A stretch of 57,957 nucleotides of DNA from Thainema sp. (GTDB lineage Bacteria; Cyanobacteriota; Cyanobacteriia; Phormidesmidales; Phormidesmidaceae). The stretch's first letter is position 1, and each line of letters begins with the position of its first letter. The notes under the pieces were generated by a model. The model saw only the letters and a list, made by a program, of their open reading frames with translations. It made no database searches and had not been told where the DNA came from. The stretch is from contig JBQLZK010000050.1 of assembly GCA_052168235.1 (NCBI GenBank), positions 1-57,957 of the forward strand. Direction: 5' to 3'. Positions 30,452 to 40,411 of the stretch are shown piece by piece. The translations under genes and the position numbers were made by a program.

Positions 30452-33142
30452 ATGACTCATCTTTATCGGCTTGACCAGATTCAGCCATCTGACCACTATT
30501 CTGTGGGTGATAAGGCATTCTATCTTGCCGATTTACAGCATCGGGGATACGCAGTTGTGCCTGGTTATGTAGTTCCCGCTCCGGTATTCCAGTCGTTTTT
30601 GAAGTCTATTCAGTGGCTCGAGCCGCTGTTCGCCGACTTACCCAACTCGACGCTGCATTTAGATGTCAACGATGCTCAGCAGCTCAAGTCAATTGCCCAG
30701 CAGATTCGGCAGGCGATTTTGAATACGCCACTGCCTGGGGTTGCTATCGAATGCCTACAGCAGATCGTTGAAGAGATATCCTCTTCTGCGGCCATCCTGC
30801 GACCTTCGTTAACCCTGCGCACAGGAATTGATCCACAGTTAGGTGGTCGGATTCGGGGTTTACTGGAGACTCAATGCTGCCGGACAACAGTGGCGGAGCT
30901 AACGAATCACCTGCGCCGACTCTGGGCAGAACTGTTTCGGGCCAAGAGCCTGGTGTACTGGCAGCGATCGCAGATTTCTCTGGAGCAAATTAACGTTGCG
31001 GTGCTGGTGCAGCCCTTGGCCGATGTTGCGATCGCAGGCAATCTTCGGCTGAGTACGGACATGACCTACACCGCGTATATTGAAGCCGTACAGGGTCAGG
31101 GAATAGCTTTAACGCGCGGGGAAGCAACGCCGGAACAGTGGTGGATTACGCTACAACCGGGACAAATTGATCGGCATTTACCAGGACAGCAGTTCCTCGA
31201 ATATCGCTTACGGGCAACTGCTCGTGAAAACAACTCCGATGTGGAGGAACCTGATGCAGACTCATTTGACCAACTGGGTTTAGCCACTCAGACCCGTGCC
31301 ACCCCCTATCAGGTTGAAATTGTTGATGATCCAACCTTGATTAACCTGTTTTCATCCACTGAAACGTTGCACCAACTGATCGAAATTGCCCATTCAGCGG
31401 GAATTGCTCTAGGAACAACGCTGGATTTGGAGTGGATATACGGCACACTGGAGCCACCGAATCATCAGTCGCATCATCCAGCAGCTCAATTGCTGATTAC
31501 ACAAGTTAATCCCAAAACCCATCGCTACGATCCGGATTTTTTGTTGCCTCAAGTTGTGCGGTGGCGCGATCGCACTTTACCCCACGGTACTGATCGCACA
31601 TCAGAACTCGCAGCAGCAGATTTACCCGCAAACCCAATGTTATCTGCTAGGCAACCGACGCGGATTAACCGAGCCGATGTGCCAGAGTCCGTTTTAGCCG
31701 CTCTTGAGGCAGCAGATCACGCCAATCAAGCGCAGCGGGACTTACTGGTGATTAGCGGTCTGGCGGCTTCAACAGGTCGGGCCAGCGGGACTGCGCAGGT
31801 GATCACCGATCCTTACGCGGAACCACGGGCTTTGTCAGCGGGGACAATTTTGGTGACTACCGAGGTGACACCCGCTTGGTTGCCGTGGCTGAAGCAGGTG
31901 GTTGGTATTGTCTCAGAACAGGGTGGTATGACCTGTCACGGGGCAATTATTGCGCGCGAGTTAGGCATTCCTGCCGTCGTCGGTGCTGCCGGTGTAACCC
32001 AGCAAATCCGCGATCGCGATCGCATTTATATCGACGGTGATTTAGGCCATGTCTACAGCGAACAGCACCGCGAGTCGCACCTAGACTTCGAGCAGCCCCC
32101 ATCTCAAACCGACCAAACTGCTCACCAACCAAACATGCCGCGCCCAGCGGCATCCCCTCAACCTGAACAATCTTCTCACTTACTGACCTCGCTGCAACCT
32201 TCACTAGAAGCGTGGAAGCAGATTCCGGCTACACCTAAGCTGGAGTTTCAGCGAATTCCCACGGCCACCGAGCTGTGGGTGAATGCCAGTCAGCTTCAGT
32301 CGGTGCCAAAACTGCGATCGCTGCCGCTGGACGGTGTTGGTTTACTGCGATCTGAACTTATGCTGCTGGAAGCGTTTGAGGGAGAGCATCCCAGCGCTTG
32401 GCTGTCTCGTCATTCAGCCACCGCCTTTGTAGAGCGGTTGACGGAGCATATTCTCCCCTTTGCCCAGGCCATGTCGCCGCGTCCCGTTTTTTATCGGTCG
32501 CTCGATTGGCGCTCCTACGAAATGGGCCAAACGCAACCATCGGTCATGGGTAAAAATCCAGTCCTGGGCATTCGCGGCACGTTTAGCTATCAGCTCGATT
32601 CCACGCTGTTTGATTTAGAACTAGCTGCGATCGCGCAGGTGCAGAAAAGTGGCTATGACAATCTGCGGCTGATTTTGCCTTTTGTCCGATCGGTTCAAGA
32701 AGTGCAGTTCTGTCAAAAGCGGATTGCTCAGGCTGGGATTGACACGCCTAACTTCCAGCTCTGGATGATGGCAGAGGTGCCATCGGTACTCTTTCTCCTG
32801 CCTAGCTACATTCAAGCGGGCATCCAGGGCATTTCCATTGGCACCAACGATTTAACTCAGCTACTATTGGGAGCTGATCGCGACCATGCTCAACTTGCAG
32901 CAGCCTATGATGAACGTCACCCAGCGGTCGTTGCAGCAATTGAACAGCTAGTTAAAACGGCTCGTCAACACGGCATTCCCTGCTCGATCTGCGGTCAAGC
33001 GCCAGTCCGTGACCCCAAGCTGATTAAGTCTCTGATCCGCTGGGGCATAACGTCGATTTCGGTTGAACTGGATGCGGTAGAGCCTACCTATTGGGAAATT
33101 GTGCGCAGCGAGAAGCGGCTACTGCTAGAACAGCTAGAGTAG
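30452..33142 (+). CDS. PEP-utilising enzyme, PEP synthase-like, with degenerate N-terminal nucleotide-binding domain
   Basis: GGMTCHGAIIARELGIPAVVG phosphocarrier His domain; DGVGLLRSE, NPVLGIRG, SIGTNDLTQ and SICGQAP PEP-binding barrel. Confidence 0.85.
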   Translation: MTHLYRLDQIQPSDHYSVGDKAFYLADLQHRGYAVVPGYVVPAPVFQSFLKSIQWLEPLFADLPNSTLHLDVNDAQQLKSIAQQIRQAILNTPLPGVAIECLQQIVEEISSSAAILRPSLTLRTGIDPQLGGRIRGLLETQCCRTTVAELTNHLRRLWAELFRAKSLVYWQRSQISLEQINVAVLVQPLADVAIAGNLRLSTDMTYTAYIEAVQGQGIALTRGEATPEQWWITLQPGQIDRHLPGQQFLEYRLRATARENNSDVEEPDADSFDQLGLATQTRATPYQVEIVDDPTLINLFSSTETLHQLIEIAHSAGIALGTTLDLEWIYGTLEPPNHQSHHPAAQLLITQVNPKTHRYDPDFLLPQVVRWRDRTLPHGTDRTSELAAADLPANPMLSARQPTRINRADVPESVLAALEAADHANQAQRDLLVISGLAASTGRASGTAQVITDPYAEPRALSAGTILVTTEVTPAWLPWLKQVVGIVSEQGGMTCHGAIIARELGIPAVVGAAGVTQQIRDRDRIYIDGDLGHVYSEQHRESHLDFEQPPSQTDQTAHQPNMPRPAASPQPEQSSHLLTSLQPSLEAWKQIPATPKLEFQRIPTATELWVNASQLQSVPKLRSLPLDGVGLLRSELMLLEAFEGEHPSAWLSRHSATAFVERLTEHILPFAQAMSPRPVFYRSLDWRSYEMGQTQPSVMGKNPVLGIRGTFSYQLDSTLFDLELAAIAQVQKSGYDNLRLILPFVRSVQEVQFCQKRIAQAGIDTPNFQLWMMAEVPSVLFLLPSYIQAGIQGISIGTNDLTQLLLGADRDHAQLAAAYDERHPAVVAAIEQLVKTARQHGIPCSICGQAPVRDPKLIKSLIRWGITSISVELDAVEPTYWEIVRSEKRLLLEQLE

Positions 33143-33149
33143 CTTCTTT

Positions 33150-33248
33150 CTCATCTTGCACCTTGCACTTTGAGAACCCGAAGAGGCGATTTTGGTGCCG
33201 AGATGCGGCGGCAAAACCACCCTTCTGAGTTTTGGTGCAAAATGTGAG
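33150..33248. repeat. Palindromic MITE-like repeat, family B copy 1
   Basis: CTCATCTTGCACC...GGTGCAAAATGTGAG ends with an internal imperfect hairpin; similar to 41820-41897 and 54256-54307. Confidence 0.65.
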
Positions 33249-33253
33249 TTTTC

Positions 33254-35488
33254 CTAAAACGCACGTTTCTGCTTGTTTTCCCAGCGCCAAGCGCCCAGAA
33301 CTAGGCGGATTTCATCGTAACTATACTCATCTCCAAGTTCTTCCTTAAGCAGCTTGAGTCGTTCTGATTGGGTCTTCTCAATCAACTGCCAAATCACCGT
33401 TTGCCGCTCAGGAGCGACTAGGCCGTCGATATACACGGGCTGACCCGATTCAATCAAGCAGGCTAAATGGTCATACACCGTGCGCGCTTTAACATTGCGA
33501 CGAGCCGCAATCTCCTCTGGAGATAGTCCATCTTGATGCAGCTTCAGCGTTTGCAGGTGGGTGCTCGATAGGTAGGCTTCTGTGGGTAGAACTTCCGCAG
33601 TGGGCATTGACTCAACGGTAGCCGTGTCTGCCTGAGTCGGTAAACCATGTTCTTCACAGAACGCTCGAATCTCTTCTGTAAACAACTGGCCGTACTGCTC
33701 CAGCTTGCGGCTGCCGACGCCGGAGATTTGTGAAAAAGCTGTTAGGGTTTGGGGACGACGCTGTGCCATTAGCCGGAGACTGGACTCAGCAAATACGACA
33801 TAGGGCGGTACCGACTGTTGATCAGCCAAACGCTTACGCAGTGCCCGCAAGCGTCTGAGCAGCATGTCTGCTTCAGGAGTCATGCCTCGCTCTTCTTCAA
33901 TTACCGGAGGCGGTTCGTTAATCTCTGGCGGCACAGCCACATGTACTTTGCGCTGTCCCCGCATGACTTCCCAGCTAAGGGTATTGAGTTTCAAGACCGG
34001 GAAACCATCGCTGGTTTCGTCCACCAGTTGCTGCTGCAAGAGGGAGCGGCCCAGCAGTCGCCAGGCGTCTAAACTGCGGTCTTTGCCAATGCCGTATGTA
34101 GAAAGCTGGTCGTGCTTGTACTGCCTAATCCGCTGCTTACGGGAACCGCGCAGGACATCAATGATGTGGCTCATACCGAAGTGTTCACGACAGCGGGCCA
34201 CGCAGGAGAGAAACTTTTGGGCTTCAATTGTCCAGTCTTCAACGGGCTGGGGATGGAGGCAGTTATCGCACTGGCCGCAGTCGCCCGGAAAACTCTCGCT
34301 GAAGTAGCTGAGCTGAATCGTGCGGCGACATACTGTACTCTCGGCGTAGTCAATCACCTGCCGCAACTGCTGGCGCGCGATCCGCTGCTCGTGCTCCAGC
34401 GGCTCTCCGGTGTGGGGATGGACTTTCTGATTAATAATCCAGTCAATGCGCTTGATGTCGGCGGGACTATACATGAGCGTGCAGTGAGCAGGTTCGCCAT
34501 CACGCCCTGCACGGCCCGATTCCTGGTAATAGCTTTCAATATTGCGAGGGAGATCGTAGTGAATCACAAACCGCACGTCGGGCTTGTTAATCCCCATGCC
34601 GAAGGCAATGGTGGCGACCATTACCCGCACGTCATCGCGTAAAAAGCGGGTTTGGTTAGTCCTTCGCGCCTTGTCGCTGAGGCCAGCATGGTAGGGCAGA
34701 GCCGCGATGCCGTCCTGCTGAAGCCGATCCGCTGTTTCATCGACTCGTCGCCGACTGAGGCAGTAAACAATGCCCGAACCTTCAGTGTTTTGAATCTGGC
34801 GCAGCAGGTCTGCGTATGACTGCCGCGCTTTGGGGCGCACTTCATAATACAGATTTGTGCGGTTAAAGCTGGCAATGTGAACGAGGGGTTGCCGCAGCCG
34901 GAGCTGTTGGAGAATGTCCTGACGTACGCGCTCGGTCGCCGTTGCGGTCAGCGCCATCACGGGTACCGAGGAATAGCGCTGGCGGATCATGCTGAGCTGA
35001 CGATACTCAGGCCGAAAGTCATGTCCCCATTCGGAGACACAGTGAGCTTCATCAATCGCAAATCCCGCAATGCCGCGTTCGGCAGCGATTTCATCCAGCA
35101 GTGGCAAGAAGGCATCGCTGAGTAACCGTTCTGGTGCAACGTATAGGAGTTTAATTACTCCGCTTTCGATTTGGGCAATCCGCGATCGCGCTTCGGCAAA
35201 GCCAATCGAGCTGTTAAGAAATGTTGCGCCAATGCCATTGTCTTGGAGAGCTTCCACCTGATCCTGCATCAGGGCAATCAGGGGCGACACCACAATCGTC
35301 AAACCGGACTGCAACAGGGCAGGTAGCTGGAAGCAGAGCGATTTACCGCCGCCCGTCGGCATCACTACCATGACATCCTGATGGTTTAGGCAGGCTTCAA
35401 TTATCTGTTGCTGACCGGGACGAAACTGGTCGTAGCCAAAAAATTGTTTCAGCGATCGTTGAAGATCAAGCGCTTCGGTCTGAATCAC
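33254..35488 (-). CDS. recQ: DNA helicase RecQ
   Basis: MPTGGGKSLCFQ, DEAHCVSEWGHDFRPEY, ALTATA, YQESGRAGRDG, Zn/RQC and HRDC domains. Confidence 0.98.
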   Translation of the reverse strand: MIQTEALDLQRSLKQFFGYDQFRPGQQQIIEACLNHQDVMVVMPTGGGKSLCFQLPALLQSGLTIVVSPLIALMQDQVEALQDNGIGATFLNSSIGFAEARSRIAQIESGVIKLLYVAPERLLSDAFLPLLDEIAAERGIAGFAIDEAHCVSEWGHDFRPEYRQLSMIRQRYSSVPVMALTATATERVRQDILQQLRLRQPLVHIASFNRTNLYYEVRPKARQSYADLLRQIQNTEGSGIVYCLSRRRVDETADRLQQDGIAALPYHAGLSDKARRTNQTRFLRDDVRVMVATIAFGMGINKPDVRFVIHYDLPRNIESYYQESGRAGRDGEPAHCTLMYSPADIKRIDWIINQKVHPHTGEPLEHEQRIARQQLRQVIDYAESTVCRRTIQLSYFSESFPGDCGQCDNCLHPQPVEDWTIEAQKFLSCVARCREHFGMSHIIDVLRGSRKQRIRQYKHDQLSTYGIGKDRSLDAWRLLGRSLLQQQLVDETSDGFPVLKLNTLSWEVMRGQRKVHVAVPPEINEPPPVIEEERGMTPEADMLLRRLRALRKRLADQQSVPPYVVFAESSLRLMAQRRPQTLTAFSQISGVGSRKLEQYGQLFTEEIRAFCEEHGLPTQADTATVESMPTAEVLPTEAYLSSTHLQTLKLHQDGLSPEEIAARRNVKARTVYDHLACLIESGQPVYIDGLVAPERQTVIWQLIEKTQSERLKLLKEELGDEYSYDEIRLVLGAWRWENKQKRAF

Positions 35489-35603
35489 AAATCCCTATCG
35501 TGAATGCTCGGCGAAGCTATTGTAGCTTTACTCTCTCTGCTTGCAACGGATGCTGGAAGATTACTTAGGAATTGTATTTGACCCAATATCCATCGAAATA
35601 ACC

Positions 35604-35670
35604 AGAGGGGCGGGTTTAGCCGTCAAGTTATGAGTCCTAATGAAAACTGATCAGCCAAACCCGCCCCTAC
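35604..35670. repeat. GTAG-type REP-like inverted repeat with spacer
   Basis: AGGGGCGGGTTT (35606-35617) and AAACCCGCCCCTAC (35657-35670) arms. Confidence 0.7.
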
Positions 35671-35729
35671 AATCGGAAATATTTAATTGTGGGTAGTGAA
35701 ACTGATTATTTTTGAGGGCTACCGAATTT

Positions 35730-36263
35730 TTAACTAGCTAGCCAACCCGTGAGCCGCTGCCAAACTGAGCGGTGCGGCGTGGGTCGCTGTCCCAAGGCGC
35801 GACGATAGCTAGCGTAGGCATCGGAGTAGCGGTTTAAACGGTGCAGAGCTACGCCTCGAAACAGCCAGGCTTCCCGATGGTCAGGTGCGATCGCAAGCGC
35901 ATGTTCGCAGCTAGCTAAAGCTGCCTTGACTCGATCTAAATGCAGCAGCGCTACGCCTTGAAAAACCCAGATTTTGGGTTCCTCTGGACAATAGGCTAAG
36001 GCGCGTTGAAAGCTGTCGAGCGCTTCTTGATACCGTTCTAAATTCGATAGCGCATCGCCATATTGGTACCACAATTCTCCATTCTCAGGTTGAATTTGTA
36101 GAGCTTGGCTAAACCTATCAGCAGCTTTTGCATATTGCTGCCGCATGAGCTGCTCTAATCCATCTTGGTACAGTGCTTGAAAACTTCGATTGGGTATTTG
36201 ATTGGGTAGATGAGAAACAGACAAAGATGAGTAAGAAGTCATAGATGTTGTGTGCAACGGCAC
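35730..36263 (-). CDS. Tetratricopeptide repeat protein
   Basis: Successive TPR units (YAKAADRFSQALQIQP, LWYQYGDAL, AWLFRGVAL). Confidence 0.9.
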   Translation of the reverse strand: MPLHTTSMTSYSSLSVSHLPNQIPNRSFQALYQDGLEQLMRQQYAKAADRFSQALQIQPENGELWYQYGDALSNLERYQEALDSFQRALAYCPEEPKIWVFQGVALLHLDRVKAALASCEHALAIAPDHREAWLFRGVALHRLNRYSDAYASYRRALGQRPTPHRSVWQRLTGWLAS

Positions 36264-36662
36264 GCTCTAGTTCAGTCAAACTAGCTCAGTCAAACACGAA
36301 TCAATTACGAATGATGTCGTGATCAGTCTTAATACAATGGCCACAAACCAAACGGAGCCACAAGTCAGACGGGTTCACAACGTAACCATCCTAATTTCAT
36401 AGATACACCCCAAAAGTAAAAAACTGGCTGAGGCATTCCTTCATTTTGCCAATACCAGAACAAATCTCCCCATGTCCGTCTCGGTTTGATACGCTTCGCA
36501 ACATTTTGCAGCAATCCTAAGCAGTCGCTCAACTTCAGAATAGCTGGCTAATGTTAAGCAAAGTAACAATAATGCCGTCAAAACGTTTTACCATCTTGAC
36601 AGCCCACTAGTGCAGCCGATATTGTATGCTCAATACCCGGGTACACATCAATGAGCTGTGAT

Positions 36663-37025
36663 ATGCAAGACAAGCAGAAGGTTACGCTATATCTCCCACC
36701 AGAACTACATCGTCAGTTGAAAATCCGTTCAGCTGTTGATGCAGAACCAATGTCTGAAATCGCTCAGCGTGCGATCGTTTTTTATCTGACGCATGGAGAT
36801 GTAGTCGATGAGTTTGAATGCTCTACCCACGGCAAGAGTCATCAGGTTTACAACTGTCCTGATTGCGCCAGTGCAATGGTGCTGAGGGAAGGAAAGATGG
36901 CGTCTTTGTCAAGTCAGCCCGGCGTATTGTCAGACGAGGAGTTGTCAGTGGGTACTACCTCTGGCGTTCACTCTCAATCCGATCGCCCTGATCATCAGGG
37001 AGAAGAGCTTGTTCCATGTGGATGA
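36663..37025 (+). CDS. Conserved cyanobacterial protein with RHH-like N-terminus (Slr0373-like)
   Basis: KQKVTLYLPPELHRQLKIRSA, a CPDC motif, and position upstream of ycf46/ycf35-like genes. Confidence 0.75.
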   Translation: MQDKQKVTLYLPPELHRQLKIRSAVDAEPMSEIAQRAIVFYLTHGDVVDEFECSTHGKSHQVYNCPDCASAMVLREGKMASLSSQPGVLSDEELSVGTTSGVHSQSDRPDHQGEELVPCG

Positions 37026-37140
37026 AGTTTTAGTTGTCGGGCAGTGGTCTAGCTGATAGCCACAATTTTGGTTGGCGGCTAAGCGCCTCAAGTTCGGTCA
37101 AAATGGCAGATTTGCAACATTTCTCCGAGGGTTATTGGTC

Positions 37141-38649
37141 ATGCAAGAGGAGCTGAGCATCCTAATACAAGCTCAATATCCGCTGATCTACTTGGTTACA
37201 TCCGAGGAGGAGCGTGCTGAGCAAGCCATTTCGCTGATTGCCCAAGCAAAGCCTCAACAGCGTATATTTGTTTGGACGGTAACGCACGGTGTTGTGGAAT
37301 ATGGGCAACCCCGCAGCGTCACCCAGCACAATACGGTTTCACCAGAAGCCGCCATTGAGTGGGTCGTCCGTCAACGAGATCCGGGCATCTTCATTTTCAA
37401 GGATTTGCACCCATTTCTCGATTCACCAGCTGTTACCCGCTGGTTGCGAGATGCGATCGCAAGTTTTAAGGCATCAAATAAAACTATTATCTTGATGTCA
37501 CCTGTCCAGCAAATTCCCATCGAGCTGGAGAAAGAAGTCGTTATGCTCGACTTTCCTCTGCCTGATATGGCTGAGCTAAACCAGGTGCTTTCTCAACAGC
37601 TAGAGCGCTCTCGCTCCAAGCGCATTAGCACTGAAGTGCGGGAAAAGCTGCTTAAAGCAGCACTCGGCTTAACGCGGGATGAGGCTGAAAAGGTTTACCG
37701 GAAAGCCCATGTTACCGCTGGACGATTGACTGAATCGGAAGTTGACATTGTCCTATCTGAGAAGCAGCAGCTGATCCGCCGCAACGGCATCCTAGAATAC
37801 ATCGAAGAGGATGAAACTATCGATTCCGTTGGTGGTCTGGAGGAACTAAAGCACTGGCTGAAGCAGCGCTCTGATGCCTTCACCGAGCGGGCTAGAGAAT
37901 ACGGCCTGCCACAGCCAAAGGGAATGCTGATTCTGGGTGTGCCCGGATGTGGTAAGTCGCTGATTGCTAAGACAACAGCCCGCCTCTGGGGCTTACCTCT
38001 GCTACGCTTGGATATGGGTCGGGTTTATGATGGCTCGATGGTCGGTCGCTCAGAGGCTAATCTACGGAATGCCTTGAAAACGGCAGAATCCATCTCTCCC
38101 GGTATTCTCTTTATTGATGAAATTGACAAAGCCTTTGCAGGCAGCACCGGATCGGCAGATTCCGATGGTGGCACCTCTAGCCGGATTTTTGGCTCATTCC
38201 TGACCTGGATGCAGGAGAAAAAATCTCCTGTCTTCGTCATGGCGACCGCCAACCGAGTGGAGCGGCTACCGGGTGAATTTCTCCGCAAAGGCCGATTTGA
38301 CGAAATCTTTTTCGTTGACCTGCCGAATGAGCAGGAACGCACCGATATTTTCCAAATTCATCTCAGCAAGCGCCGTCGCGATAGCAACCGTTTCGACCTG
38401 CCCCAGTTGGCTAAGGTATCCGAAGGGTTCTCTGGTGCTGAGATTGAGCAGGCGATCATCGCCGCTATGTATGAAGCTTTTGCCCAAGATCGAGAGTTCA
38501 GTCAGCTTGACATCATCGCTGCGATCAAGTCAACGCTGCCCCTCTCGAAGACCATGAATGAGCAGGTGACTGCTCTACGGGATTGGGCTAGGCAGCGGGC
38601 ACGTCCTGCGGCCTCCTCCGTGGCTGAATATCAGCGCATGGAGTTCTAA
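37141..38649 (+). CDS. ycf46: Ycf46-family AAA+ ATPase
   Basis: GVPGCGKSL Walker A, FIDEIDK Walker B, LRKGRFDEIFFVDLP; ATG 37141 preferred. Confidence 0.92.
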   Translation: MQEELSILIQAQYPLIYLVTSEEERAEQAISLIAQAKPQQRIFVWTVTHGVVEYGQPRSVTQHNTVSPEAAIEWVVRQRDPGIFIFKDLHPFLDSPAVTRWLRDAIASFKASNKTIILMSPVQQIPIELEKEVVMLDFPLPDMAELNQVLSQQLERSRSKRISTEVREKLLKAALGLTRDEAEKVYRKAHVTAGRLTESEVDIVLSEKQQLIRRNGILEYIEEDETIDSVGGLEELKHWLKQRSDAFTERAREYGLPQPKGMLILGVPGCGKSLIAKTTARLWGLPLLRLDMGRVYDGSMVGRSEANLRNALKTAESISPGILFIDEIDKAFAGSTGSADSDGGTSSRIFGSFLTWMQEKKSPVFVMATANRVERLPGEFLRKGRFDEIFFVDLPNEQERTDIFQIHLSKRRRDSNRFDLPQLAKVSEGFSGAEIEQAIIAAMYEAFAQDREFSQLDIIAAIKSTLPLSKTMNEQVTALRDWARQRARPAASSVAEYQRMEF

Positions 38650-38769
38650 CAGGCTTTCTCTCCTGCTCCCACAGGAGGAAAGGCTAGCACTTGCTAGCAG
38701 CAATTGGGACTCATCTCCCGATATCTAACCGTTGTTTCTCTCAAGTTTCCCTACAGGAGGAAATCCGAA

Positions 38770-39123
38770 ATGTCTCATTTTAGTACTCTACGCACCAAGA
38801 TCACCGAAGCTGAAATCCTCAAGTCGTCCCTGCGCGATCTGGGCATTTCCGTTAAGACTGAAGCTGATGTGCGTGGCTACAACGGTCAGCGTGTACGGGC
38901 TGACATTGTTGCAGTTCTAGAAGGTGAGTATGACCTCGGCTGGTCTCGCAATGCTGATGGTTCCTTTGATCTGATTGCTGATCTCTGGGGCGTTGCGAAG
39001 AAGCACAATCAGACTGAACTCATCAACTCCATCAACCAAAAGTACGCCGTTAACAAGACGTTGGCTGAGGTTAAGCGCCCCGGTTTGCAAAATGCAAACG
39101 TCAAGCTGGTACTGCAAAAGTAG
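38770..39123 (+). CDS. ycf35: DUF1257 / Ycf35-family protein
   Basis: MSHFSTLRTKITE...VRGYNGQ...YDLGWSRNADGSFDLIADLW; AGGAGG RBS. Confidence 0.88.
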   Translation: MSHFSTLRTKITEAEILKSSLRDLGISVKTEADVRGYNGQRVRADIVAVLEGEYDLGWSRNADGSFDLIADLWGVAKKHNQTELINSINQKYAVNKTLAEVKRPGLQNANVKLVLQK

Positions 39124-39147
39124 GATCTCCCAGCGTTCCCAAGTTTG

Positions 39148-39182
39148 TGGGCCAGCCATTCTAGGGCTGGCCCATTTCTTTT
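39148..39182 (+). terminator. Rho-independent terminator of the ycf46 operon
   Basis: TGGGCCAGCC/GGCTGGCCCA stem followed by TTTCTTTT. Confidence 0.75.
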
Positions 39183-39216
39183 AGTAGGGTAGATTGATAG
39201 GGGAGGCACGCGACGC

Positions 39217-40131
39217 ATGCCTCCCCTATCAATCTTTAGTTCGCGTTTGAACGTGCTGGCGCTGGTGTCACCTGAATTTATACGACTTGAATCTCAAATC
39301 CGGCAGTTGATGATGGACTGCGGATCTCAGGCTAGAAAGCAGTCTATGCGGGAATTTGATGTCTTTACTAAAAGCGCAGGCGATTATGTCACAACGGTGG
39401 ATCGGCTGCTGGATCAGAAGCTAGCGCAGGGATTAGCGCTCTTATTCCCAAACGACGGTATCGTGACCGAGGAGAATGCTCTGTCACGTCAAATCTTCCG
39501 AGACGGTGCGCATCGGCTGTGGGCGGTTGATCCGATCGATGGTACAGCGGATTTTATTGAACAGCGATCGCACTATGCGGTGATGGCAGGATTGCTGGAT
39601 GGCTACCTGCCAATTGCGGGCTGGGTCTATGCACCTGCGCTAGAGCAGTTTTACTGCGGGGGAACCGACTGGGGCATCTTTCAAGCTAGCCGAGCCGACT
39701 TACAGCTTCAACCGTTGCGTTCTACTCCTCCATCCCCACCGGATCAAGACTGCACAATTGTGATCGGCTACCGAGACCGACAGCAGTTTGGAGCTGCGAT
39801 CGCAGATCAGATTCCTAACGTGCAGTTTTCCACCATCGGCAGCTTCGGCCTCAAGGTGATGGAGGTGGTGCAGGGGCGAGCAGGGCTGTACGTGTATCTC
39901 AGTCAGAAAGTAAAGATTTGGGATACCGTTGCGCCCCTGGCGATCGCGCAGGCAGCGGGGCTGATTTGCTGTGACCTAGTGGGAAATGCGATCGCATTTG
40001 ATCCCAGCTGTATTGATTTAGATTCACTGACCCATCAACAGCCGATCCTGGTTGGCTGGCCAGACTATATCTATCGCTTTCGGTTTCGATTACAGCAGGC
40101 AGTCATCGCTAGCCTGCGAGCCGATAAATGA
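39217..40131 (+). CDS. Inositol monophosphatase / CysQ-family phosphatase
   Basis: DYVTTVD, IVTEE, WAVDPIDGTADF, GSFGLK and KIWDTVAP. Confidence 0.9.
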   Translation: MPPLSIFSSRLNVLALVSPEFIRLESQIRQLMMDCGSQARKQSMREFDVFTKSAGDYVTTVDRLLDQKLAQGLALLFPNDGIVTEENALSRQIFRDGAHRLWAVDPIDGTADFIEQRSHYAVMAGLLDGYLPIAGWVYAPALEQFYCGGTDWGIFQASRADLQLQPLRSTPPSPPDQDCTIVIGYRDRQQFGAAIADQIPNVQFSTIGSFGLKVMEVVQGRAGLYVYLSQKVKIWDTVAPLAIAQAAGLICCDLVGNAIAFDPSCIDLDSLTHQQPILVGWPDYIYRFRFRLQQAVIASLRADK

Positions 40132-40411
40132 ATAGATAGTCATCTAGCTCAATAAAATTGGCCAGCCAAGCGTTACAATGCCCATACGCTTGAAAGTTTT
40201 GCTAGCATTTCTGGGTAACATAGGCGAGAGAGGACGCACTAATCCGTTCCTTGATAGCTATACCATTGGTCAGATTGCTTGCAGTATTGAATATCGTTCA
40301 ACTGCTACTTTCACAAGCAATCCGGCTTACCATTACCGCAGGCTGTGCGGCAGTGGTTGTAGAAATCGTTTATTTTATCCGCCTGTTTATTGCTTTTCTT
40401 AAAGGTCTTCC

